A stretch of 44,108 nt of DNA from Octopus bimaculoides (GCF_001194135.2 NC_068981.1:69022604-69066711); one strand, 5' to 3'. Shown: positions 1-13,224, numbered from the stretch's first letter. Made by a program: numbers and translations. The notes: generated by a model not told the origin, from the letters alone.

Positions 1-569
1 GTTAAACGTTTGCACTTAATATGATGAACATATTTTATATGCAATTTTATTTTAGTATTTTTCACAAAAATCAGTTATGTCTTCCAACAAAATGTGTGGC
101 GTCAGATGTCATGGATGATGATAGCATGAGAAACTTTATAAATGATCAATTATGAAAGCATATAGATACTTCTTATATTTCTTTTTCAATCATTATATAA
201 TATTCATCAACAACACCATCAATATAGAATATTTTTACGACAAATATGTTTTATTTGTAATCAATTCTATTGCACATTTCCATATTTCTAGTTACATAAA
301 ACTTGAGACATTAACGAAAATCACGAGGAATGTTAAAATTGTAAAATATATTTCTTCGTGACGTAGTAAGGTATTACGATAAAACTTACGTCTACTATTC
401 GCATAGTGCCTTAGTGGATTGCGTGGTTGCCACCTGAAACTCCCATGTTTTTCGAGGAGTGGTGATTGTGTTCGTGCACCTGACACTCAACCACTGGAAT
501 ATTCATATTCATTCATCCAAAAAGTAAATATCACCACTGCTATCTATGCATGAAACTATGCCGGAAATA

Positions 570-1090
570 TCAACCTTTAAATATTGAAAGTTATTAGATT
601 TTGTCGGCTGGTCATAGCCAGTTGTTTAGTTGGGTCGTAATGTCCTTGCATTGCCGCAATTCTTGAGGTTATACTCATAATTCTTGTCAACGCATCGAAT
701 TTCTGTCTCGTAAGAGATTGAATCTCAGTCAACTGAACGCTGAAGTTGTTATTCTTCACCCTCCTTTTCAAAATACCCAGGTTTCCAGATAACCTTGGGG
801 TGAATTTCAGGAAAGACTATGCGCCCACGCTTTCGCGCTCGGTCGTAGCTTGTTATGTTTCTTGGATGGATAGTGCCGTACATGTTACACCATCCATAAA
901 ACCCCTGGAAGTTAAATACCTCGTATTGTCACCAATTTCTCATATTCACGACTACTTTTATTCCACCTTCAGTGGTAAACCCAATGTTGTCACAATTAGA
1001 ATCATAGATATCGTCCATCCTGTTATAATGATAATTTCAAGTTTCTTTCATTGGTGGTGCATGTCTCTCACAGTAATCACAAGCTGAATA
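570..1090 (-). mobile_element. Highly degenerate Tc1-like transposase C-terminal remnant
   Basis: One minus frame reads FMDGVTCTALSIQE..GNLGILKRRV..SITSRIAAMQGHY, resembling F.QDGAPCHTA / ENLWGILKRRV / SM..RI.A...G.HT.Y. Contains in-frame stops. Confidence 0.48.
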
Positions 1091-1254
1091 TCCTTTGCTG
1101 GTACTTGGTTGTATTCCTATCGTCTTTAGATGAGCTGGTGGGGCGCAGGTAATTGGTGTTCCACGAGTGCTAAACATTTCTCTGAGAAATTGCTGTTGTT
1201 CCTTTTCACATCTTAAATGATTTACCTAAGCACTTATTGATGTCTAAGCCATTT

Positions 1255-1330
1255 TGTGGGACCGGGGCTTCTGAAGAGGTCACTTTCCCAAGTTATTTCC
1301 CAGTGAGATTGAAACCAAAAGCGTATAGAG
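1255..1330 (-). mobile_element. Possible SINE family 2 head fragment
   Basis: Minus strand GGTTTCAATCTCACTGGG..CTTGGGAAAGTGAC resembles a B-box plus CCTTGGGCAAGT motif. Confidence 0.35.
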
Positions 1331-2309
1331 GAAATGCAAATTCCTAAATAACATACCCATACCCCCGCGTAGTTGTTCAATCTAGTTTATTCGTAGTTTT
1401 ATTTTCATTAGAATGCTTCAAATAACACTGAAGTGGGTAAGCCACTTTTTCTGTTTACTAATGAAAAAAAGATTTTTCAATGCTTTTTCTTGTTTTGGGA
1501 ATTGGAATTTGACGCCGTTTTGACACATTCTTTGAATACTAAGGTGATATCGTTTTATGTGCATACTGCCTCATAGTATATGAATTACATTTTATTCGAA
1601 ATATATTATTACTTTTATGAAACAAAAGTAAAAACAATAACATCTAAAATTTATATATTTTACTTTTATCCACTGAGTTAGATCACAAGATGTGGGATCT
1701 AAAGCTCTATATTTTATTTTTAACACAGCTTATTTCAAACATTCATGGTTTTAAAAGTTAATATTGTAAAACATTAAGAAGTACTCAACAAATGGTTAAT
1801 GAAACTTTCACTTTAAGTTTTATCGGCAGCAATTATCTTGTTAATATACTACCTAAAATTTAATTCTTACATTTTAACTAATGGACTGCGAGATGAAATC
1901 TGCATCGCATATCATATACAGAACTACTTGTTTATACCGCCACTATTTTATGTATAATCAATTCTAGAAAAAATATACATATATGATAGTAACATCAATA
2001 ATATCCATTTCATAGAAACGATTCGCTTATTCTCGAATATATTTTATAAATATCATTCATAACTTACGTTACATACAAATTATAAATATATCTGCCTTCT
2101 AATACAGTATGCAATATTTAGCATCACTCTTTTCCTAACATTCATCTTTTTATAAAACAACATGGTGGGTGTTTCTTCCTAAATATAATCTATTATTATT
2201 GACATATTATTTCTCTTATATTTTAATAACCACTCATTTTATACATAGAAACATCTCTAAAATTATATATCACTAATTTTCACGTTAGATCGTGAAATGC
2301 ATGAACATA

Positions 2310-3560
2310 ATATAGCTAACCAGCAATCTGGTGGCTCTCACAGACGTGACCCTGGTCATACAGTCAGCAATATACTCCACCGACTCTACTGACGATAAAT
2401 TAGTCTTCCATGCAATCAAGGACTCTGAATATATATCAAAGATACAGAAAGGTTTGAAGGCAATATGCAATCGGGCTGAAGAACTGAAATTAGAAGTCAG
2501 TGTTAGAATTCCAGTGTTAGAGTCGATGCATGGCTTGCTAATTCACACGAGCTTTGGAACGCCGTTTCATGTGAATATTACCAAGAAGGCAACAAAGAGC
2601 AGGTATATGACTGTTTGGATTCTGAAGTTATTCAGAACACAGATACAGAAATCTACCTGACTCTTATCGAGATGTTTGTGCTTAGTCACCAGGATTACAA
2701 ATACTATTTGTGGTCACCACAAAGCGCCAGATTAACAGCAGAACGCAAGGTAATTCAGCAACAACAATACCAAACCAATAAGATTGTCTTCGTGAAACAG
2801 TTAGACTAATGGGAAACGCTTAAGAGCTGTGGTTCTACAGCTTGGAGACAAACCATAAAAGGTATGCATTGATATATATATATATANNNNNNNNNNNNNN
2901 NNNNNNNNNNNNNNNNNNNNNNNNNNNNNNNNNNNNNNNNNNNNNNNNNNNNNNNNNNNNNNNNNNNNNNNNNNNNNNNNNNNNNNNNNNNNNNNNNNNN
3001 NNNNNNNNNNNNNNNNNNNNNNNNNNNNNNNNNNNNNNNNNNNNNNNNNNNNNNNNNNNNNNNNNNNNNNNNNNNNNNNNNNNNNNNNNNNNNNNNNNNN
3101 NNNNNNNNNNNNNNNNNNNNNNNNNNNNNNNNNNNNNNNNNNNNNNNNNNNNNNNNNNNNNNNNNNNNNNNNNNNNNNNNNNNNNNNNNNNNNNNNNNNN
3201 NNNNNNNNNNNNNNNNNNNNNNNNNNNNNNNNNNNNNNNNNNNNNNNNNNNNNNNNNNNNNNNNNNNNNNNNNNNNNNNNNNNNNNNNNNNNNNNNNNNN
3301 NNNNNNNNNNNNNNNNNNNNNNNNNNNATATATATATTAGATTCTGGTATGTCTACAACCTGCTTTTGTGATTGCGAGATAAACCAATCACCGAACTGGA
3401 TGCCACTCTATAGTATTTAATATCGCGGCCAGAGTAATAGTATAACACTCTAAGCGTTTAGTGATCAAACGCTCTCACCTGTTCAGTATTATTTCAAAAG
3501 GCCTCAGACCTACCTAGTATACATGTGGATGGGTTCAGAGAAATATAAAGCAGCTTTATA
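2310..3560 (+). mobile_element. Degenerate CR1-type LINE, 3' part of RT/ORF2, interrupted by (TA)n and a gap
   Basis: Frameshifted translation TDDKLVFHAIKD..KIQKGL (ADD-like), FVLSHQDY..LWSP, *WETLK, YSLETNHKRYALIYI; after the gap RTGCHSIV and RSHLFSIISKGLR. These match, in order, the recalled CR1 tail LEY..WSP / YW.RLK / YSLERRRERY.IIY.WKIL / GP.LFN..PK.LR. Confidence 0.75.
2887..3327. other. Assembly gap (N) flanked by (TA)n on both sides
   Basis: N run. Other gaps: 5951-6306, 9999-10226, 20977-21264, 30110-30141, 33678-33907, 35364-~36324, 38587-38741, 42071-42191 and 42751-42760. Confidence 0.98.
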
Positions 3561-5024
3561 TCTGATGTACCACATTAACTTGTATAATGGAAAGAAATGC
3601 AAAGGGCACCACATCCCAACTCACTACTTTACTAGAACTGATATCGGATAAAGGACACTTGAGTGACACTAAACTAAATAAGAACTAGTGCTAATGGTGG
3701 TTGCACAACACAGCCACAGTATCTGACTAAGAGAGAGACAGATATACAGAGGCAGTAAGAGAGAAAGAGAGAGGACAAACTACAATCTTACAAATAAAAG
3801 CATAAGGGACATATTATTTCTGGTTTAGCATTATAAGTTCTCCGCCGAGATAAGTAGGACGTATTTACATGGGTCTTTGGAATAAGGATTTTATTATGGA
3901 GTGGCAGGAGAACGAAGAAAATATAAAATATTATAAGTTATTAACTGCGAGAAAACTACGCGAAAATTTCGCGGTTACTTGCTAAACAAGGAAAGCCTTG
4001 GAATCTTCATGGGTGTGTTCTCAAGGCTTATATAAAAGAGACAGGTTTTTAATCTTAAACTTTCTAAAAAGTAGACCTGATCTCCAGCGAAATTGGCAGT
4101 CCCTCTAGAGTTGGAGGTGATTCTTTTGCAGAGTTTTTGTCTACCTATTTATATTCAAAAATGTTTCTGTCGACATGAAACTATGCAAGAAGACACTTTG
4201 TCAATATGTCGTGTAATGTGTCATAACAAAACAACCACGTGATTGGGAAATAACTTCCTGAACAACATGTCCATTTCTATACTTGTGTCTTCAAGAAATA
4301 ATGGTGAACTATAGCACTTAACTTATTTACTATGTTTGATGTTTTGAATGCTATTTAGAAAGAGCTCATGCTCCAACTTGCAAACTTTTTAGATTTATTA
4401 TTTTCTCGCTCTTGCTCTTTCTCTTGTCTTTCTTTCATTTTCTCCGCTCTTCTTCCATTTCCCAAAACCTTTGCACTTCGTGTTTAGTGTCCTACAAAAA
4501 GTGTGTTATGGCAAATTTCGGAGCTATCATGAAAGAAACAATGGCGTTTTTATGCCTTTCTCTGCGCATTTATCTACGTACATGTTGGCATGTGTGCAAA
4601 TAACTATGTTAGCGCAATTATTGTACGCATTTGTTTGTATAGACCAACTTTTGCAATCAATGAAAAACCAGCTGCTTCATTTTCTAACATAAATCTGTAC
4701 ATACTGATAACCTTGTGTGACATATCATTAATGCCATCATGCTAGCCTGTCAACAGACAGAAGTCTAGCTAAAATACTTCGTAGTATTCACTTCCTATAA
4801 TGCATAATATAAAGACAGCATTAGGACTTCGTATAAAAGATATAATAAAAGAAGCCGCACTGAATAGTTCTCAATGTATTAATGAACCCATGTCTATTCT
4901 TTACTTGAAGTTATTCATTACATCATTGCTTTCATTTTAAGTAGGATTTCGTCACGTGGATCACTTCCTATGTGTTACCATTAAAATGATGACTAATCTG
5001 TTTCAATTTTTTCCCAACACTCAT

Positions 5025-5138
5025 AAGCACACGCATAAGCATACACACACACATACGAATACACACACAGAGACACACACACACACACATATATGTCGAT
5101 GTATGTATGCATTTATATGTATGCATTTATATATATCC

Positions 5139-5177
<39 letters not shown>

Positions 5178-5200
5178 TACATACATATGTGTGTGTGTGT
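5025..5200. repeat. Compound (CA)n/(TA)n/(TG)n microsatellite
   Basis: Direct inspection. Confidence 0.9.
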
Positions 5201-5915
5201 GTTGATGAATGTATGCATCCATCTGCTTAGCGTTTTTCTCAATATACATATGCCACTAGCTAGACATCCTTCTTTCTCTCATTATTTTATTATCTTTCTT
5301 TATACAGAAAAATACACATTAACACTATTGGCAAGCTTATGAAATGATGTGCCTTCGTATGTATGTAGTATGCATACGCATATTCATACACATGGATATA
5401 TACGTTAGTTATTTCTGTGTGTAAGACACGATTTTCAGTCGATGAACAATACGTTAGGTATAAAACACATTGATTTCAATCGTCTATTTCCTTTCTTTAT
5501 CTTTTCATCACATTCTCATCTTCTATGAAACTTTCTGATAGATTACTGCTTCAGCACTAAATAAGTATTAATAGTTAAATACATTCATAAATATACCGGC
5601 ACATGACAAGACACAAGAAAATAGCATAGATAAACCCGCGTATTTGCGAAGGTACATACGTAAGGATACTTAGCCAGTCACTATGTCGATGACGTCGGAT
5701 GGACTGACCGTGTAAATTAAATAGTTATACGTGTGTAGAATCGATTCTACTTGAGCATTGCTTTAAGATTACACGTGTTTGTGAACTACTAAACAACTTA
5801 TAAATCAGTGAGCAAGCAGCACATTTAATGGAATACGTACATAATTCCCCCCTACATTTGACAGAAATCCTGTCATATTACTGTGTGCCTACTTTGTGTA
5901 TATATATACATATAC

Positions 5916-5950
<35 letters not shown>

Positions 5951-6306
5951 NNNNNNNNNNNNNNNNNNNNNNNNNNNNNNNNNNNNNNNNNNNNNNNNNN
6001 NNNNNNNNNNNNNNNNNNNNNNNNNNNNNNNNNNNNNNNNNNNNNNNNNNNNNNNNNNNNNNNNNNNNNNNNNNNNNNNNNNNNNNNNNNNNNNNNNNNN
6101 NNNNNNNNNNNNNNNNNNNNNNNNNNNNNNNNNNNNNNNNNNNNNNNNNNNNNNNNNNNNNNNNNNNNNNNNNNNNNNNNNNNNNNNNNNNNNNNNNNNN
6201 NNNNNNNNNNNNNNNNNNNNNNNNNNNNNNNNNNNNNNNNNNNNNNNNNNNNNNNNNNNNNNNNNNNNNNNNNNNNNNNNNNNNNNNNNNNNNNNNNNNN
6301 NNNNNN

Positions 6307-6338
<32 letters not shown>

Positions 6339-6599
6339 AATGTATATGTATGTATGTATTTATGTATGTATAAAACCAAACTACGTTGCTAACCGTTTCT
6401 ATCATAATTAAACATCCGTATGCATATTGAAACAATTTTTGTCTATTTGTGAATTTTTTATAAATATGAAACATTGTAATTAAAAACATGGCAAGGCGTA
6501 GATGCAGTCTCCATCGAAAAACAAAGTCGAAACAGAGGAATCAGAGTAAAGTGAAAGCGATGACTTATCTGTAACGCTAACGTAAACCAAAGAAATTCA

Positions 6600-6792
6600 T
6601 TCAATATGATAAAAATCCTTTGCTCGGATTATTCGCAGAGAAATCAATTCCACGCATGGGTAATAATCTAATAGCTAAGATAAACTACAGCCGTGGCAGA
6701 ATGGGATTCAGTTGGGTCTTATATTTCCTGGAGTAGCAGTGAGATCCTTGTCTTCACGTTCCTTATGCGTTCATGATGATGAAGATGAATAA
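6600..6792 (+). mobile_element. Possible old RTE-like LINE 3' end
   Basis: RMGFSW, then GATCCTTGTCTTCACGTTCCTTATGCG and a short (GAT)n tail, resembling RTE ends (G.SW...WR.LV..LC followed by (TGA)n). Weak. Confidence 0.3.
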
Positions 6793-7339
6793 TTGATAGA
6801 AGAGAATTACGCTTAGTTGTTAACAGTAATCAGCTCTATGGAAGAATGGAACTTGCTGAGAATGCTGATCATATCAATGAAGAAAATTACTTAAAATCTA
6901 TTTACCTCTAGAAAGTTCGATGTCTCGGTTTAGTTAGGGAAATGCAAAATTCAAACTTAACATATTGGAAAACCTGCAATTTTGATTTTTTCTCGGAAAT
7001 CCGACATTGCATCGAAAGTAAAAACTAGTGTTAAAAATAATGGCACCAAAGTGTTTTCAGACGGGGTATGTGTATATACATACAATCATCAATTTACTTT
7101 GTACGGTAAATTTCACTCATTTGATCCATTGCTGCCTTCCCTTAAGAAAGGGACTTTAACTGAATGTTAGATCTGTGATGCATGTTAACTGAAACCTTCA
7201 AACGTTTTTAGAAACATTTATATGCATACAGTGAGTTTACAAAGAACATAAGGAAAGAAAATTCATACAGGCATTGCGACAAGTGGCTAATCCACAGAAA
7301 GACAATTATGTAAGCTTGTATGCTTTTATACATTGCGGA

Positions 7340-7356
7340 TGCATGTGTGTGAGTGT

Positions 7357-7405
<49 letters not shown>

Positions 7406-7530
7406 TGTGTGTACATATATTTGTACATTTACATAGATAGCTATCCAGTTCAATAGTTAGACAGCTAGATAGCTAGATAGATTGAGAAAGATAGATAGAG
7501 AGAGAGAGAAAGAGAAATATGGAGATAGAT
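7340..7530. repeat. (TG)n followed by degenerate (GATA)/(GA)n
   Basis: Direct inspection. Confidence 0.9.
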
Positions 7531-10500
7531 ATTACCTACCTGTATTATAGTTTTATTTTAAAGTGAAATTTTTAAAATATGTCGTTAACATTTATTGAAC
7601 AGTATGATTCCAAATATACAGCCATTATTCTGAACATTCTTACGACTCAAAATGACATTGTACATTTTTCCTTCCATTATGTTCCATCTCTTAGAATATG
7701 CATTTGTCAAAGATATAAATTATTCATGAGGAAAAACATTAAGATTTCAGTACAGAAATGTTCTTAAATTTTATTCAAACTTAGGTGAAAATCCTCTACA
7801 AAAGAATATAAGTAGTATTAAATCATTAGAACGCCCGTACACAATTTTATAGTGTTAACTTTTCAAATGATGTGTTAAATATTCTTAGAATGTTCATACA
7901 TTTATGTTCCCCTCCCGAACAAAAAACCGATTAATATGAATAAATTCATTGTTGCAACATCTAGTAATTAATGTGTTCGAATTCTATACGGAGCGTGGCG
8001 AGCGGATAGTACAAACAATTATGGTTCGCAAAGCGATTTTCTTTTGCTGCCAGGGACCAGTGGATTTCACGTACATCACAATCCACTTCGGAAATAGAAG
8101 AGTAAAATATTAATACAACGGTTTGCCTTAAAAATAGAGGATTTCTGGTTATTTAGTTCAATGTCTCTACAGAGTAAATACTATTATTAAAGCGACTCTA
8201 GGCTTGAGCGTATTTCCGTTTTCTTTTGGCTTCTTTTTTTATCTAGACCATAATAAAATGTTTCGTTTTCTATGAATAGGCACGTTGTAATTTGTAGTTG
8301 CCTCGATCAATATATTTAGCACAGGACAGGGATCAACTTGAAGAATTGTCGTTATAGGTATTTTTCTACATAGTCAACAAATTAAGCGAAACCCATTTGT
8401 TTTTCATACAATAATGTAATGAATTCATTGGTATTAGCAAATTTACGAATGGTCCCTTTCTGTGCGTTACGTAAAAGAACCTTGGAAATTCACTTTGTCT
8501 GATAAGTATCGTTGTTCTTAAACGCTCGATATAAAATGCGATTTACACAAATATTACGGTCCCGGATTACACATGAAACTGAATTTAAAAAAAGAATGAT
8601 AAATGACAAAAGAAAAGAAATCACTTAATGTATATACTGTTGTGCCCCACTTCATCGAACTGCCTGAATACAGTTGTGCACTGCCGTTAAACGAGAGATA
8701 CGGAAACATCAAACCAGGGGATTTTGGCTACTCAGAAAACCTTGAAATTAGCTTCAGAGTTACAAATTGTGCGTTGTCTACTAAAGTCAGAACCCAATAT
8801 AGGGAGGTGTCATTATATTCAAAAGAGGCTATCTCGTGGGTCAGCAATTAGCCACTCGCTCTGCGTGACATAATCGGGTTCGGGCAATCTAGATGAGCTA
8901 ATTGGCTAGATCACTGCTTACAAACGTTGCTACTAGCCAACGCTTTACATATTTGCCAAAAGATTACTATTGAGAAGTATAGTAAATTGAGAGAAACGCC
9001 CTGCACATAAAACTAAATACTGGAAGGTATTTATTATGACTCTTCTTCTCATCGTATTTATAGCAATAATAATTAATTATAACATGAAGGAAGTCTTGGA
9101 AGGAAAGGTTAAAGGGAAGAAAATTGGCTACTTATAATTTCTTAATAAGCAATTATCCAATAATAGTAATTATCTCATCGAAATCGTAAATTCCATTAAC
9201 ATCTTCAAATGGACATTAAGTTATTGCTCGCACGGTTACATATACACAGAGTCAGATATACAGACACTAAACTTCATACATATACAAAGGCACATGCACA
9301 CACACACACACACACACACACATACAAACACACACACACATACACATTTACATAGTCATATAGTCATACATATACAAAGATGATCAGAACTTAACTTATA
9401 ATTTAAATTTTTGATTTAATTATTTGGCACGGGGTAACAAATTTCACTGACAGTCAATATAGCTGATACAAGATGAATATTGTCTGAAAACATAAGCTAG
9501 AGTAAGATAGAAAAAGTGGGAGGAGTGAGAGACACGTTAGGAATAGCTCAAACTGCACCGGAGTAAACATTAACATTGAAGTCAATTTCAACTGAAGTAC
9601 TCATTGCATTTCAACCACTTTGGTTTTAGAACGTACGTACATCTATAATCTACACTCGATTTAATTGAATTTTCTCAACATCTTAAATTTTAAAACACTA
9701 TTCTCAACAATAATTCCACGTTGGTTTTAGTTATTTAAAGTATATATAGTTACAGATGATGTATATCAAAATGTGAGCAGCAAGCAGTGTTTTAGGTACT
9801 AGCAAAATAGGTTTGTGGCATAATTCAACTGCTGAAAGGCAAATACACTGCAGTGGAGAAAACGCTTCCCTTACGGTAAAAGGTGTCAAGACACTCAGTT
9901 TGTTTAGTGTGTTCATGGACTGTTGTCAATGAGATGTATCTCAGTGAGGCAACTCTGAACAAAACTTACAAATTATATATATATATATATATATATATNN
10001 NNNNNNNNNNNNNNNNNNNNNNNNNNNNNNNNNNNNNNNNNNNNNNNNNNNNNNNNNNNNNNNNNNNNNNNNNNNNNNNNNNNNNNNNNNNNNNNNNNNN
10101 NNNNNNNNNNNNNNNNNNNNNNNNNNNNNNNNNNNNNNNNNNNNNNNNNNNNNNNNNNNNNNNNNNNNNNNNNNNNNNNNNNNNNNNNNNNNNNNNNNNN
10201 NNNNNNNNNNNNNNNNNNNNNNNNNNTATATATATGTAAATGGTTGAAGAGGAACACACGAGTAAATATATATATATGGAAAAAAGACAAAGTAGAAAAT
10301 GCTAAAATACTTTTATAAAGAACATTACAGTACCGGTTTCGATCATTGAGATCTTTTCAACAGTAAATATGAATAATAAATTTTTGAAAAATCATTGAAA
10401 AATTAAATTTTGGTAAATTTAAAACAAAAGTCTTTTTAAGGACATATTTGTATAGTATTCAAATAACAGGGGCAATTTTTTCTTTTTTCTGTCTGTCTCT

Positions 10501-10539
10501 ATTTCACATGTTAACTCTTGTGGGTTCGAAATCCTTGTG

Positions 10540-11084
10540 AATTCTTGGTTAAGAGGAAGAAGAAGTGGGAGTGCTATGATAGTAGCAGAATGTTAATTGG
10601 TTGAGTGTCCTGACATTGACCTGTTGACGGTCGTAGTGATCTGTATTGTTTATAATGTTTGCGTAGGTGTTATTCTAAACAGCAGTAGTAGTAATAAACT
10701 AAGGGTGGAGGTGGTGCAAAGGAAGAATAAGATGACGGATACGATGAGGGATGGGGAGAAGAGAAATAGTGATAATAGAATGCAGGATAGTTTGATAGTA
10801 ACTAGTCGAGTGAGTAGTGATTGGGGTTGTTTTTTTATAGTTTTTAATTTTTTTTATAATTCCTTGAGTATCTATTTGGAGTTTATCATTTTTAATATTT
10901 GTGTGTGTGTTATTCTAAGGTCGTGGTGGATATGTCATTTGTTGTAGATTCGTTCAGAAGTGGTCTGTATTTTGTAATGAAGAGAGACTCTTTACTAATT
11001 TTTTGGCTATAGGTCGTATCACCTCTATCAATTCAGAGACGATACAACCTACAGCCAAAGAATTAGTAAAGAGTCTTTCTTCAT
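10540..11084 (-). mobile_element. Penelope-like element fragment: C-terminus of a GIY-YIG endonuclease plus 3' UTR, with an inverted 44-bp copy at its 5' end
   Basis: Minus strand from about 11033 reads IDRGDTTYSQKISKESLFITKYRPLLNE, matching the GIY-YIG tail (I.D.....R.IKE.L.I....P.LN). It is followed by strand-skewed UTR-like sequence. The inverted duplication 10977-11020 / 11041-11084 is seen directly. Confidence 0.62.
10977..11084. repeat. Inverted repeat, 44-bp arms (40/44 identical) with a 20-nt spacer
   Basis: Arm 10977-11020 ATGAAGAGAGACTCTTTACTAATTTTTTGGCTATAGGTCGTATC versus the reverse complement of 11041-11084. All four mismatches are transitions. Confidence 0.95.
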
Positions 11085-11089
11085 CAGAA

Positions 11090-11158
11090 TATATATATGT
11101 GTGTATGTGTGTGTGTGTGTATGTGTGTGTGTGCGTGTATGTGTATGTATGCATGTAC

Positions 11159-11189
<31 letters not shown>

Positions 11190-11235
11190 TGTGTGTGTGT
11201 GTGCGTTAGTGTGTATGTGAGTGTGTATATATATA
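11090..11235. repeat. (TA)/(TG)n microsatellite abutting the Penelope hairpin
   Basis: Direct inspection. Confidence 0.9.
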
Positions 11236-11399
11236 AGCAAGTGACAGCATACTACTGCAGAAGCTAAAATTCGCAACATAAGAAAGGAGTGTCTTCCTTC
11301 GAGACTTTCAACACAAGTAGAATAGATATTGCATTAAAGGGAATTAAAGAAATACGGTGTATGTAAAATGGTTCTAAATATTCTTCATCTGGAATGCGA

Positions 11400-11586
11400 A
11401 AGCGGTGAACTGACAATCGTTAGCGCTCCGGTTAAAGTGCTGAGCGACATTTCGTCCGTCTTTATGTTCTGATTTGAAATTTTGCTTTACAGATTTTGTC
11501 TTTTATCATTTCGTGATCGATAAAATATATAGCAGTTGAGTACTTGCTCTCTACTCCGAAATTACCTTGGGCCAAAAGTTGAAATC
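11400..11586 (+). mobile_element. tRNA-type SINE family 1, copy a
   Basis: AGCGGTGAACTGAC..CGTTAGC head, TTTCGTCCGTCTTTA body and GGGCCAAAAGTTGAAA tail. Homologous to other copies in the window. Confidence 0.75.
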
Positions 11587-11605
11587 AGTATTCTGTATCG
11601 GAATT

Positions 11606-11820
11606 AAGGTGGTGAGCTGACACAATATTTACCACGGTCGGTATAAAGCTTAGAATCATTACGTCAGGCATTAGCTTCTGAGTTATAATGCAGCTGGGGT
11701 CGGCTTTGTCTTTCACCCGTTCGGGGTAGGCAAATAAATACCAGTTAAGCTCTGGTGTCGAAGGAAACAACTTGACTCCTCCTTCGAAACTGATGGTCTT
11801 GTGCCAAAATTTGAAAACAA
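11606..11820 (+). mobile_element. SINE family 1, copy b (tandem behind copy a)
   Basis: GGTGGTGAGCTGAC head, GGGGTCGGCTTTGTCTTTCACCCGTTCGGGG core and CTTGTGCCAAAATTTGAAAAC tail. Confidence 0.75.
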
Positions 11821-13224
11821 TCATTTTATCAGAATACACAAACTTTTAAAATATATTTTTCTCGGAGGAATCAGCATTCGTATAATCTTGAGAGTCATAA
11901 TATTATTGACAAAAATAATATTAATATTGATGCAAATACATGATTACAGGAAAAATGGAAGCAAAGTGAAACAATCAAGACAAAACTAAGATCTGCATGA
12001 AAATGATTGGGTATGTAGTGTATTAATTGGGGCCTTGGGAATGGTTAAACATAGACAACGGTATGTAAGAGAAGAAGCTAAGAGAAATTACAGTTTTGTA
12101 GACCAGAGCTTTGCGTGTTAACTATGAGCAATTTCGTGCCAATTGATCGCATGCCTATAATTTTCTTTTTATTCTTTTTTGTTTCCTTGTGTGAGGAATT
12201 TTACTCAGGGACTGCATGGGTGTGATTGTGTTAGGATCTAAAGGCAAATGTAAGTCTTTGATATCCATTCACGCATTTATGAAGAGTGACAGTGAAACCA
12301 TGTGCTTAAAGTGATCCTGGAGACACTCATCGTCGACTGGTAATGTTTAATGTGAATCATTTTCTGCACGAAAATTTGGTAGATGTTAAAAGTTTTTCCG
12401 AGACGAACATTTTGATTTAAAATGGATTAAGCAGTTTGGAGCCGGATCTTAGATAACTAGAAGAACAGAGGCAAAGGCGTGTATGTCATGTTTCGAGTGC
12501 ATTAGGTATAAATATAACTGGTTTGTATCAGCATAGACCTTTTTATTAGAGACAAAATAGAAGAGAATAATAAATGACAATTTGAAATGTTGTGGATGGA
12601 ATGTTTGCCACAGAGAAAGTTAGTGACTATTTAATAGTGTTACTATCTTCTATGTATTGATAAGCTACTTATGCTGTATTTAAAAAAACAAATGTGTAAA
12701 TTTCAGCAAATATCACTGCATTTCCTATTTAATTGTTCCTAGATTGGCGAAAGTCAAAACGTGTAAGCCAAATTTAATCCAGGGTTTAACCAAACATCAA
12801 AAAGCACGCGGTCGTTATAGTTGTAGTAACACATTTGTGTGTTACTATAAATGTAGGTTCTTATATACACTGCCCTGCAGTTATGTATACATTACAATCT
12901 GAACTGTCATTATGTCACTTGAATTTTTACGAACTTATCTTGTGAGTGAATGCAGAGAGAAGAAAGTATCATTAAATCAAACGACAAACTTTACAGAAAA
13001 TAGTTTAGTATAAATAATAGCATTAAATTCCGTAATTACTTGTAGTCATTAGAGATATCCTATTGGGAAATAAGAATGATCAATATTATTTTTATTATAC
13101 CATACTGACAAAGTTATATACGATCCAATATCATGGAAAATGCTATTAATGAACATTTCATCAGTGATTTTTAACATAGCTTCTATACAAATAGCATTCT
13201 TTTAAACATTGGTGCAAATCAGGA

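Noticed and set aside
739-908. Possible minus-strand terminal exon GFYGWCNMYGTIHPRN...EGEE* after TTCCAG
   Set aside because: An overlapping frame carries Tc1-like motifs that explain the segment better, and the peptide is unrecognised.
6488-6574. Short ORF beginning MARRRCS, superficially protamine-like
   Set aside because: Only 28 aa, lacks extended Arg clusters, and has no promoter or poly(A) support.
11078-11092. CTGATGAAG on the minus strand as a hammerhead core
   Set aside because: No GAAA follows the stem, and the motif is simply the antisense of the GIY-YIG codons TTC ATC AG.
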